A stretch of DNA of 38,549 nucleotides from an uncultured Methanosarcinales archaeon (GTDB taxonomy: Archaea > Nanobdellota > Nanobdellia > Woesearchaeales > GW2011-AR9). Positions 8,785-16,659 of the stretch are shown here, one piece after another. Position 1 is the stretch's first letter, and the number at the start of each line of letters is the position of its first letter. Where the stretch lies: NCBI GenBank assembly GCA_964361725.1, contig CAYIBV010000001.1:1-38549 (forward strand), given 5' to 3'. Below the pieces are notes generated by a model. The model worked only from the letters and a program-made list of their open reading frames with translations, ran no database searches and was not told the origin of the DNA. A program made the translations under genes and the position numbers.

Positions 8785-10199
8785 TGTTCCCCCTCCACGC
8801 AGTAGTACAGGCGTATTTCGTAACACCTTTTTCCTGTACGCTCTCCCGCAACCTCTACATCAACAAAACTTGGAATGAACTGCTCAAATAAAGTGCTTCG
8901 CCGGAAATCGTCGTTGAGCTCCGGACTCCATAAAGGGGTGACCAGCGGTTTGAAATAGCCTGCTCCCCTCTCATCGTATTCCGTAAAGAATACTTTTTTC
9001 TTCACGACAAGGCCATAATCATCTCCCAAACGAACCTGCTCTTCCCACTGTTGTAAGTCACCCCGTTCAGGATATGTTACGACACTGTTAGGGAGATTCA
9101 CTCCAAAATCTTCTAGTCTCCACTGCATTGCTTGGATAATTTTATTGCGTAGAGGTTGGTTCCGTGTAAGGTAATCATATGATGCTAAAGGATACTTAAT
9201 TCCATTCAATGCCACTTCTCTCCACCCCTCTTCTTCCGTTACATTTATCCCCCGCCCACGCAGTCCATCCACTAAAACTTTATTCTCTAACGCAAAAAAA
9301 CCAAGATTGCGGGAATTTCCCTGATACACCACAATCTCATTTCCCGCTGCTTGTGCTAACGCTTCTACACCAATCTCTGCGTTCCTTCCTAACGCTTCAC
9401 TGGCAAACACAATGTCTGCAACATACCCCACAGCAGGTGAACCTATATCTATGACATAAATTGTATTTCCACTCACCAGAAAATCTATGGAACCTGTAAA
9501 GAACTGTCGTTCCCGTCCCCCCAAAGAGGCAGAGAACAATGCCTCTTCCAAAGATTGTTGGAATTTCTGAGCAATTTCGGAAAGGCCATCACAAAGCACT
9601 TTCGTCGCTCTTTCCATTCGCTCAAAAAGGGCACGTGGCAAAAGAAAAGGTTTATCAGTCACACTGTAAAAGAAAATTGGTGCTTTTCCCTTCGCTCGCT
9701 GTTCTACTGTAGGAGTGAGCGCTTCTGCCTCTGTAAGAAGAAAATTAATCTCATCAATTCTCGTAGAATCTAATGATTGGATTTGCCGTTGCACATCCAT
9801 TAATCTCTGCTGTTTCTGCTCATCGATGCGTCGGAGAACAAACGGCTCTGCAAACGCCGCTTTGGGAAGTAACGTAACTCTTCCATCGTATCCTAAAAGA
9901 CCATCTTCTACAATGTCTACAAGAGATGTAAATCCCGTAAATGCCGTCTGGTCGTTGCTCAGGCACTTGAGAAGCCACCGTTCATCTTCAATACGTGGCG
10001 GTTTTCCGCAGCGAAGCAGGGGGGTAAGATAATTCTCCAAGAAACGCTCTTTATCACTTCGGGAGAAATTCTGTCCTCTATTTTCTCGCCATTGCCGTGT
10101 ACGTTCTAAGATTGGTTCATACGTTCCTCCACTCACTCGAGCAATAGTAGAAAGAATTTTTATTCTATTATCATCTACTCCCGTGAAGACAATCAGCAC
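8781..10199 (-). CDS. hypothetical protein (472 aa), translationally coupled to hisS
   Basis: Long ORF whose only early start is GTG at 10199. The segment GSIDFLVSGNTIYVIDIGSPAVGY is reminiscent of the closing block of ATP-grasp enzymes. This is not enough for a call. Confidence 0.5.
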   Translation of the reverse strand: MLIVFTGVDDNRIKILSTIARVSGGTYEPILERTRQWRENRGQNFSRSDKERFLENYLTPLLRCGKPPRIEDERWLLKCLSNDQTAFTGFTSLVDIVEDGLLGYDGRVTLLPKAAFAEPFVLRRIDEQKQQRLMDVQRQIQSLDSTRIDEINFLLTEAEALTPTVEQRAKGKAPIFFYSVTDKPFLLPRALFERMERATKVLCDGLSEIAQKFQQSLEEALFSASLGGRERQFFTGSIDFLVSGNTIYVIDIGSPAVGYVADIVFASEALGRNAEIGVEALAQAAGNEIVVYQGNSRNLGFFALENKVLVDGLRGRGINVTEEEGWREVALNGIKYPLASYDYLTRNQPLRNKIIQAMQWRLEDFGVNLPNSVVTYPERGDLQQWEEQVRLGDDYGLVVKKKVFFTEYDERGAGYFKPLVTPLWSPELNDDFRRSTLFEQFIPSFVDVEVAGERTGKRCYEIRLYYCVEGEQ

Positions 10200-10278
10200 T
10201 TTGTTGTGCCTGAGCCTCTGGTTCTATTTTAAACTCATTTGTTTTTTCCATAATGACATCACCTTTCTGCTATTTGTA

Positions 10279-10476
10279 TTACCATCTTTCCCCCAGACGA
10301 TCACCACAACTTTCCCTACTCCCCTCACGGATGAGATTAAACATGCTAACCACCCGCTCTGTTTGCCCATCGCAACGTTGTACAGCACAGGGGGGCAACT
10401 GATTACGTTCCTCTATCGGTTTCAGTACTTCATATACATTTTTACACCCAGTACATTGATATTCATAAAGTGGCAT
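10279..10476 (-). CDS. FmdB-family zinc-ribbon protein
   Basis: N-terminus MPLYEYQCTGCKNVYE matches the family signature MPxYEYxCxxC. A second Cys pair is PPCAVQRC. GGAG lies about 10 nt upstream of the ATG. Confidence 0.6.
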   Translation of the reverse strand: MPLYEYQCTGCKNVYEVLKPIEERNQLPPCAVQRCDGQTERVVSMFNLIREGSRESCGDRLGERW

Positions 10477-10518
10477 TTTTCATATTCTCCCCGCTTTAAG
10501 CCCGGCCGGCTTGTTAAG

Positions 10519-10687
10519 GCCTGCGGGAGAGAATTGAACTCTCGTCCTCAGATATCTGCAACAGCAGAGCCCAGAAGCTCCGCTTTTCATCGCCACAGTC
10601 TGAGATGCTGCCACTACGCACGAAGGGACAACGATCCCTTCGGCGTCCCAGAAAAATCGTTGTTTTTCTGTGGACACCACCGCAAGC
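10519..10687 (-). tRNA. tRNA-His(GUG) copy 2 with two inserts (D-arm insert about 10616-10673; canonical 37/38 intron 10554-10592)
   Basis: The minus strand reads G-1, CUUGCGG, UG, GUGU [58 nt] AGUGGCA GCAU C UCAGA CUGUGG [39 nt] A UCUGA GGAC GAGAG UUCAAUU CUCUC CCGCAGG C. The T-arm is consensus. The acceptor is 7 bp with one G-U. G-1 lies opposite C73. The second intron shows a strict bulge-helix-bulge (BHB). The boundaries of the first insert are provisional. Confidence 0.6.
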
Positions 10688-10846
10688 ATGAATAAGACTA
10701 ACAATGCCTATGGTGATGACAATGCACAGAAGTAGAACTACCAATCTTTATTTTTTCAACAAGAATAGACGATAATCTAACAAAACATTTACCGACAATG
10801 AAGACAATCACTTGTTTTGCTTATCATAAACTAATAGAAAAACGTT

Positions 10847-10864
10847 GGAATATATAAACTTTTC
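10847..10864 (-). promoter_or_regulatory. consensus BRE/TATA element without an adjacent start codon
   Basis: The minus strand reads GAAAAGTTTATATATTCC, matching the promoter consensus of this window. It lies about 160 nt upstream of tRNA-His copy 2 and about 40 nt downstream of copy 1. Confidence 0.4.
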
Positions 10865-10899
10865 TAAGATACTCACTAAAAAGAGATAACAAAAAAGAG

Positions 10900-11045
10900 G
10901 GCGGCTGGGGAGACTTTCATGCACCAAGCTGTTTCGTCTTGGTGGGCTTTACGCCCGCCGTTTGGTGCAGCTTTCCAAAAGTGCGAGTTGAACTCCCTCC
11001 AAAGGCTCCACAGGCCTCTATACTAACCGTTATACTACAGCCGCC
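10900..11045 (-). tRNA. tRNA-His(GUG) copy 1 with 73-nt T-loop intron (10914-10986, position 59/60)
   Basis: The minus strand reads G-1 GCGGCUG UA GUAU AACGGUUA GUAU A GAGGC CUGUGGA GCCUU UGGA GGGAG UUCAAC [73 nt] U CUCCC CAGCCGC C. All stems pair. The anticodon is at 11011-11009. G-1 pairs with C73. A BHB forms at the junctions. An oligo-T run at 10891-10896 follows. Confidence 0.8.
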
Positions 11046-11070
11046 ATGAGAGAACCAAATAAATCTCTGC

Positions 11071-11080
11071 TTTAAAAAAC
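11071..11080 (-). promoter_or_regulatory. TATA box for tRNA-His copy 1
   Basis: The minus strand reads AAGTTTTTTAAAG, centred about 30 nt upstream of G-1. It lies between the stop of the 11088-12557 CDS and the tRNA. Confidence 0.45.
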
Positions 11081-11087
11081 TTACTTG

Positions 11088-12557
11088 TCAAATCACCAAC
11101 ACTTTCTGCTTCCTGACAACCCGCACACGCAGAAATTTGGTATATCCTATAAAATCTCCCCCCGCCTGCACGGGAAAAGGCACATCGCTGCGCACAGTGA
11201 TAACTTTCCCTTTCAACGACAAGAGAGGAGACTTCTCCATGCCAAATGCCGCTAACGCCAATGCCCATAACCGTACTGCTTTATTGATAAAAGAGGTATG
11301 CGTATTCACACACGCTAACCCATACACATATCCATCATCAGACTTTACTCTTCCCACCAACGATCGCAGGGTAAATCCATAATACGGCACTTTCCCTAAC
11401 GTAAGATTCACACAATTCTTCCAATAATATTTTTTCCCATCAACGCGGCATTCTAATGCATAGTGTGCTTTTGCCTGCGCTGCCGCTTTTGCTCCCGCCA
11501 TAAAATAATCCACAAATCCCTGCTTCCCCCGCTCTTTTGTCATGCGAATGACTTCCGCATCCACTCCTACACTCAGGAATGTGGTTTCAAACAATTTGTT
11601 ATCCCATTGCACTTCCACCACATCCAGTAGCGTCTCCCGGAACGGAAACCGGGAACGCAGATACTCATACCGCTTTCCTTTGTAAAAATAAGAGTAATAG
11701 GCGTTTCCCGCTCCTAACGGAAAAAAACCCAGACTCTTTGTATGAAATGGCTTATAACTTAATGCACTCTCAAATGATCCATCTCCCCCCGCAATAATAA
11801 TATGTTGCACGTTGTTCAACTGTTTCATCGTTCCTTCATACATATTCTTGTGCTGAGGTAAAAAAATGAGGGGAGCATTCCTTCGTTGGGCAAAAACCCG
11901 CAACAAATGGCGGCGATAGCCGTCATGATATTTCGTTGCCCGTTTGTTGGCAAGAACAACAATCTTTTCCCGTTGTATCTCCTTTCCCGGCAACGTGTTC
12001 TTATTCCTTCCCCGCAGATATTGCAGTGTAAAATACAGCACCGACCACATTCCCCACACCAAAGCCATAATCGTAAATACCACAATAATTCCTTCTGCCA
12101 TAGGCACAAGTAATATCAAAGCATCTTCATAGAGGAAAAAATCACCAACCAATAATCCCATCACAATAGCATACTGGAAATAGATAAACAACTTCTGAGA
12201 GCTCCACTCTTCCAGCAGTACATTCTGCTTAGCGCTGAGTCGTCGTATTATAACAACAACAACATCACGCACGATAAAGATGAGCAGAACGCTGATCCAG
12301 TACACTCCCAGAGCAGCATAGAGAAACAGCATTCCCACTACCAACAGCTTGTCTGCAAACGGATCTAAAAAAGAACCAACAGCCGTCACTTCTTTCAGCC
12401 ATCTCGCGATATATCCATCAAGCACATCGCTCAGAATGGCAAGAATCATCACAAAAATGGCCCATAATGACGCTGATGCCGTCTGCTGCAGCACCAAATA
12501 TACCAGTATCGGCAACACTGCCACACGGAACAATGAAATAAAGTTAGAAACTGTCAT
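11088..12557 (-). CDS. CDP-alcohol phosphatidyltransferase fused to a diacylglycerol/lipid-kinase catalytic domain
   Basis: The N-terminal half has about 6 TM segments and a perfect DG-x2-AR-x8-G-x3-D-x3-D motif (DGYIARWLKEVTAVGSFLDPFAD). The C-terminal half carries the DAGK_cat-type IIIAGGDGSFESAL. Confidence 0.7.
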   Translation of the reverse strand: MTVSNFISLFRVAVLPILVYLVLQQTASASLWAIFVMILAILSDVLDGYIARWLKEVTAVGSFLDPFADKLLVVGMLFLYAALGVYWISVLLIFIVRDVVVVIIRRLSAKQNVLLEEWSSQKLFIYFQYAIVMGLLVGDFFLYEDALILLVPMAEGIIVVFTIMALVWGMWSVLYFTLQYLRGRNKNTLPGKEIQREKIVVLANKRATKYHDGYRRHLLRVFAQRRNAPLIFLPQHKNMYEGTMKQLNNVQHIIIAGGDGSFESALSYKPFHTKSLGFFPLGAGNAYYSYFYKGKRYEYLRSRFPFRETLLDVVEVQWDNKLFETTFLSVGVDAEVIRMTKERGKQGFVDYFMAGAKAAAQAKAHYALECRVDGKKYYWKNCVNLTLGKVPYYGFTLRSLVGRVKSDDGYVYGLACVNTHTSFINKAVRLWALALAAFGMEKSPLLSLKGKVITVRSDVPFPVQAGGDFIGYTKFLRVRVVRKQKVLVI

Positions 12558-12590
12558 AAAGAATGAGAAACAACCCTCATTTAAAAGATT

Positions 12591-14216
12591 TCACATTCCA
12601 TCCATTGTAGGATTCATCCTCCTCGCTTCAGAACTTTTCTGCCCCCCTCCCAAAATGACATCATCAATGCGTAAAATCATCTCTGCAACCTCTGTCGCGC
12701 TACGTAACGCAACGGTCTTGATTTTCAAAGGCTCAATCACTCCCTGCTTCCAGGCATCCATCACTCCCCCATTAAAGACATCTACTCCTGCCCATCGCTG
12801 CTGCTGATCATGAGCAGAACGCAATTTGGCAATGATATCAAGGGGATCTAACCCCGCATTTTCCGCTAACGTTCGGGGAATGATTTCCATGGTCTCAGCA
12901 AATGCCTGCACTGCTAACTGTTCCCTTCCATTTAACCTGCTGGCATATGCCCGCAATCCTTTCGCTAATTCCATCTCTACTGCTCCTGCTCCTGCCACCA
13001 CTGTTCCTTCCCTCAGGGCGGCAGCAACATCTCCCAAAGCATCAACGACGGCCCGTTTAATTTCCTCCACCACATGCTCTGTTCCCCCATGAACAAGCAA
13101 TGTGACCGCTTTAGGATTGCGGCACTTCTCCACAAAAATAACTTCTTCTTCACCAATTCTCTCTTCTCGTACCACTCCCGCAAACCCCAAATCACTGGCA
13201 GTTAATTCTTTCCAGTTACTGACAATCTTCCCTCCCGTCGCCAGAGACAATTTCTCTATATCGCTTTTCTTCACTCTGCGCAATGCCAAGATCCCTGCTT
13301 TCGCCAAATAATACTGGGCAATATCATCAATCCCTTTCTGGCAACAGACCACAGTAGCGCCTGCTGATTTTACTCTATCCACCATCTCCCGCAGCGTCAG
13401 TTCTTCTTGTTCTAGAAATAAATTCAATTGCAGAGGGTCGGTAATGTGGATTTTCGCATCAATCTCCGTATTTTTGATTTCTAACGCGCTATCCAATAAT
13501 GCCACTTTGGCATTCTCTACCCGTTGCGGCATGGAGGGATGTACCCGTTCTTTATCCAACACTATTCCCTCAACAAGTTCACTGTGATCGGCATTTCCCC
13601 CCACCACACGTTCTACTTTGATGTGATCAAGGGCAACATTCATCATGCCGTTTTTAGATTCTGCCACACGCTTGACCGCATTGACAATAAGCTGCGCTAA
13701 CTGTTCCCGATTTGCTTCTGCCCCTTTTCCCGTCATGGCGGTAATAGCGATATTGTTCAATACTTCTTCTTCCTCAACAGAAACATGTTCTGCCATAGCC
13801 TGCAGCAATTTCTGCGCTTCTCGTTCCGCTAGGCGATATCCCCGCGCCAAGACTGTGGGATGAATGTTCAACTCTAATAACTCCTCTGCTTTGCGCAGCA
13901 ATTCCCCAGCAATAATCACTGCAGTAGTCGTTCCATCACCTACTGCATCTTCCTGTGTTTTAGCAACCTCCACCACCATTTTCGCTGCAGGATGTTCAAT
14001 CTGCATCTCTCTTAGGATAGTTACCCCATCATTCGTTACCACTACATCTCCCAGAGAATCGACGATCATCTTATCCATGCCTTTTGGGCCCAGAGTAGTA
14101 CGCACAGCCTGCGCTACTGCTTTTGCTGCCGCGATATTATTTTGCTGAGCATCCCTTCCCGTTGTCCGTTTAGTATCTTCCGGTAAAATAAAAATAGGTT
14201 GAACATTATTTGACAT
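12591..14216 (-). CDS. ths: thermosome (group II chaperonin) subunit
   Basis: Blocks [18 protein letters not shown] and [15 protein letters not shown]. The ATG at 14216 has GGAGG 8 nt upstream. The GTG at 14240 in the track is unlikely. Confidence 0.92.
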   Translation of the reverse strand: MSNNVQPIFILPEDTKRTTGRDAQQNNIAAAKAVAQAVRTTLGPKGMDKMIVDSLGDVVVTNDGVTILREMQIEHPAAKMVVEVAKTQEDAVGDGTTTAVIIAGELLRKAEELLELNIHPTVLARGYRLAEREAQKLLQAMAEHVSVEEEEVLNNIAITAMTGKGAEANREQLAQLIVNAVKRVAESKNGMMNVALDHIKVERVVGGNADHSELVEGIVLDKERVHPSMPQRVENAKVALLDSALEIKNTEIDAKIHITDPLQLNLFLEQEELTLREMVDRVKSAGATVVCCQKGIDDIAQYYLAKAGILALRRVKKSDIEKLSLATGGKIVSNWKELTASDLGFAGVVREERIGEEEVIFVEKCRNPKAVTLLVHGGTEHVVEEIKRAVVDALGDVAAALREGTVVAGAGAVEMELAKGLRAYASRLNGREQLAVQAFAETMEIIPRTLAENAGLDPLDIIAKLRSAHDQQQRWAGVDVFNGGVMDAWKQGVIEPLKIKTVALRSATEVAEMILRIDDVILGGGQKSSEARRMNPTMDGM

Positions 14217-14306
14217 AGTGCTTCCTCCTAACTTTCTCACTAACTACTCACTAACTAATCACTAACCACTCGCTCCTCACCCCAATTCTCCAGAAAATAC
14301 GCTTTT

Positions 14307-14321
14307 ACTTTTATAAACATT
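14307..14321 (-). promoter_or_regulatory. TATA box upstream of thermosome gene
   Basis: The minus strand reads AATGTTTATAAAAGT, about 95 nt upstream of the ATG. This implies a leadered, SD-dependent mRNA. Confidence 0.4.
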
Positions 14322-14348
14322 ATGGAGGTTAAATACTATATATAGAAA

Positions 14349-14741
14349 TTAAATACTATAAATAGGACTAGATGGCATAAATCGTTGAACATACTGCAAG
14401 ATATCACCCTCTCGTACACGAACTAAATCTCCACTCTTCACCTCAACTCCCATCCTCTGAAGTAATTCCGCGAGATTATCTGGTGTTGCTCTTTCTAGAA
14501 CTTTGACTTCCAGAGCCGTCGTTGCTGGAGGACCCCACCCAGAATACACGAATGTGGCACTCTTTATGTTTGCGATAGAATCATACGTTGTTGAACCTGT
14601 CTTTCCTCTCTCAAATACAAACTCAAACTCTCTTTGGTCTTCCGGAGGAAGATTCGTAACTGCATGATTTGTAACGGCATGACATGAACCCAACAGATAA
14701 CCTGCTAAAGCCACACCACCTAACTTCTTTATAATGCCCAT
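14349..14741 (-). CDS. small secreted lipoprotein-like protein
   Basis: N-terminus MGIIKKLGGVALAGYLLGSC has a lipobox-like LGSC. It is followed by the tandem repeat HAVTN-HAVTN. Confidence 0.5.
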   Translation of the reverse strand: MGIIKKLGGVALAGYLLGSCHAVTNHAVTNLPPEDQREFEFVFERGKTGSTTYDSIANIKSATFVYSGWGPPATTALEVKVLERATPDNLAELLQRMGVEVKSGDLVRVREGDILQYVQRFMPSSPIYSI

Positions 14742-14915
14742 ACCCGTGTGAAATAACTTTGCTCTATAAACTTTACGGAAAAAACCGTATGCAAAAACCT
14801 CACTATTCTACTACAAGAAGGCGAAGCCTTCTGTGCAGAAAATATGAAACACATTTTCTAGCATCACAATCTTTATTAACAAATCTTCCTCTTAAGCTGC
14901 ACGAGGGATAGAGCA

Positions 14916-15722
14916 ATGGCACGTATTACATTCTTAGGCACGGCTGGAAGTTCGGCAGTGATGAACCGGCAGTTGCGCTCTTCAGGAGGCATTATCTTTG
15001 AAATTGAAGGCCTGCAGTTTCACATCGACCCCGGTCCGGGAGCATTGGTGAAAGCAAAAGAATATGGCATCAACCCATTAAATACCACCGCTGTGCTGGT
15101 ATCTCATAATCACATCAACCACTGTAATGATCTTAATGTAATCATAGATGCCATGACTCATGGCGGCATTGAACAGCGCGGCATTGTCCTCGGCAGTAAA
15201 TCCCTTCTGCAAAACTTCGACGAGAATCGCCCATTTATTACCCGCTTTCATCAGCAGCTCGTAGAAAAAATCATTCCTCTGGAAAAAAACCACAAAGTAG
15301 GCATTGAACTCATTGAAGTAAATACTCTCTCTGTGGAACATACTGATCCTCACGCCGTGGGGTTCAAATTCTTCTGTCCAAAATTTACCCTCAGTTATAC
15401 CGGAGACACTATTGTCACTGACCGTTTGCTCCAGGAACTGGTAGGATCCACTGTCCTTATCCTCAACGTTCCTTATCCGGGAAACACCGCCAAAGGTCTT
15501 AATCTCGACTGTGAAGCAGCATTAAAAATTGTCTCCGCTGTCAAGCCTCGTCTTGCTGTCTTGACACATTTTGGATTAGAAATGCTCAAAGCAGATCCCG
15601 TCGTAGAAGCACGGGAGATCCAACGGATAACCGGCGTGCAGACCATCGCCGCTAAAGATGGATTAATTCTCACTTCAGAACATTTTGGCAATTACCGCTC
15701 CAATGTGAAAGGGTATGAGTAA
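14916..15722 (+). CDS. metallo-beta-lactamase-fold hydrolase
   Basis: VLVSHNHINHCND is a variant of HxHxDH. Downstream His/Asp ligands include SVEHTDPHA and LTHFG. Confidence 0.65.
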   Translation: MARITFLGTAGSSAVMNRQLRSSGGIIFEIEGLQFHIDPGPGALVKAKEYGINPLNTTAVLVSHNHINHCNDLNVIIDAMTHGGIEQRGIVLGSKSLLQNFDENRPFITRFHQQLVEKIIPLEKNHKVGIELIEVNTLSVEHTDPHAVGFKFFCPKFTLSYTGDTIVTDRLLQELVGSTVLILNVPYPGNTAKGLNLDCEAALKIVSAVKPRLAVLTHFGLEMLKADPVVEAREIQRITGVQTIAAKDGLILTSEHFGNYRSNVKGYE

Positions 15723-15731
15723 AGTGCCAGT

Positions 15732-16589
15732 CTATGCCGGCGCTCCTGCTGGTCTGAGTGTTGGTATTCCCTGCGATTGAGGTATTCTCTGTGGTTGTTG
15801 CTGTGACCTCGGTGCCGGTTTCTTATTCTTCTCTTTCGATTGCGGTTTGGTAAACAACTTTTTTACATATCCCGGAACAGCCCGTATTCCCCGATAGACA
15901 TTCCCCATGACGTGTGCTCCTAACATGAACGGCAGAAACGCTATTCCGGCAACGTACTGTGCTGCGGGAAAGAGATACGTGGCAAATGCCGGCATCAAAT
16001 ATCGCCCCGTCTGTCCTTTCTGTTCTGCACCCAGAGAGCGATGAGCGATCCATGACGCTTTCAATTCCTGATACCAGGTAATGGGAAGAATTCCCCGCGC
16101 CAAGGCATATAATGAAGGATATTTTCCACTTTGGAAATCTTTGGCATGTCCTAATTCATGACGGGCAATGGCCGGCACGTCAGAATAAACTGTTACTGTC
16201 TTTGTAAAAGGATTATAATAATCCAATCTCGTCAGTTTGCCCAATAATCCTGTGATCATGGTCGTGGGAACACCCAACAACACTCTTCCCACTAACGAAA
16301 TATCTTTAAGTTTCTCATCCGTAAATAAGCGATAAGTATCATGCAGAACCCGGCTGTACCCCAGACGTACCGTCGTATTCTCTAATCCTAATTGGGGAAT
16401 GGCCGCGGCGATATCTTGCTGCGTTTCCTCACGAGGATATCCCGCCACTTTAGCACTTGCTAATACTGCTCTCGTCGGCATACTGCCCACAAAACTTGCC
16501 GCTCGTGAGAGAGCATCATCTAACCCGTATTCCACAGTATTTGTCCCCACTTGTTCCGTTGCCCCGTTCACCAGTTTGTCTAATGACAT
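15732..16589 (-). CDS. putative zinc metalloprotease (HExxH) with Pro/Gln-rich C-terminal tail
   Basis: IARHELGHAKDF contains HExxH. There are two C-terminal hydrophobic segments, then KPQSKEKNKKPAPRSQQQPQRIPQSQ. Confidence 0.5.
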   Translation of the reverse strand: MSLDKLVNGATEQVGTNTVEYGLDDALSRAASFVGSMPTRAVLASAKVAGYPREETQQDIAAAIPQLGLENTTVRLGYSRVLHDTYRLFTDEKLKDISLVGRVLLGVPTTMITGLLGKLTRLDYYNPFTKTVTVYSDVPAIARHELGHAKDFQSGKYPSLYALARGILPITWYQELKASWIAHRSLGAEQKGQTGRYLMPAFATYLFPAAQYVAGIAFLPFMLGAHVMGNVYRGIRAVPGYVKKLFTKPQSKEKNKKPAPRSQQQPQRIPQSQGIPTLRPAGAPA

Positions 16590-16659
16590 AACTGTCTAAG
16601 AAAGACCCCCTTATTTAAATGTTTTTATAATTTATTACTAATAAGTAATTAAAAATTTA

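Noticed and set aside
7619-8878. Plus-strand ORFs of 103, 152 and 113 aa inside hisS
   Set aside because: They are antisense shadows of a confidently identified gene and carry no motifs.
10480-10744. Two overlapping minus-strand ORFs (74 and 76 aa) and the 170-aa plus-strand ORF 10183-10695 in a GC-rich patch
   Set aside because: They use TTG starts and have odd composition (CCC runs, no recognisable fold). The interval is better explained by the exons and introns of tRNA-His copy 2. Its stems also account for the GC-richness and the lack of stop codons.
10480-11045. Possible SRP RNA or RNase P RNA, suggested by the GC-rich structured region, a GAAG tetraloop hairpin GGGAC...GUCCC and GAAAGUCUCC
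   Set aside because: There is no SRP helix-8 AGCA motif and no RNase P CR-I/CR-V context. The GAAAGUC string is simply the T-loop/intron junction of tRNA-His copy 1.
12826-14148. Several 60-94-aa plus-strand ORFs inside the thermosome gene
   Set aside because: They are antisense to a highly conserved CDS and have low-complexity Ser/Ala/Thr-rich translations. They are typical shadow ORFs.
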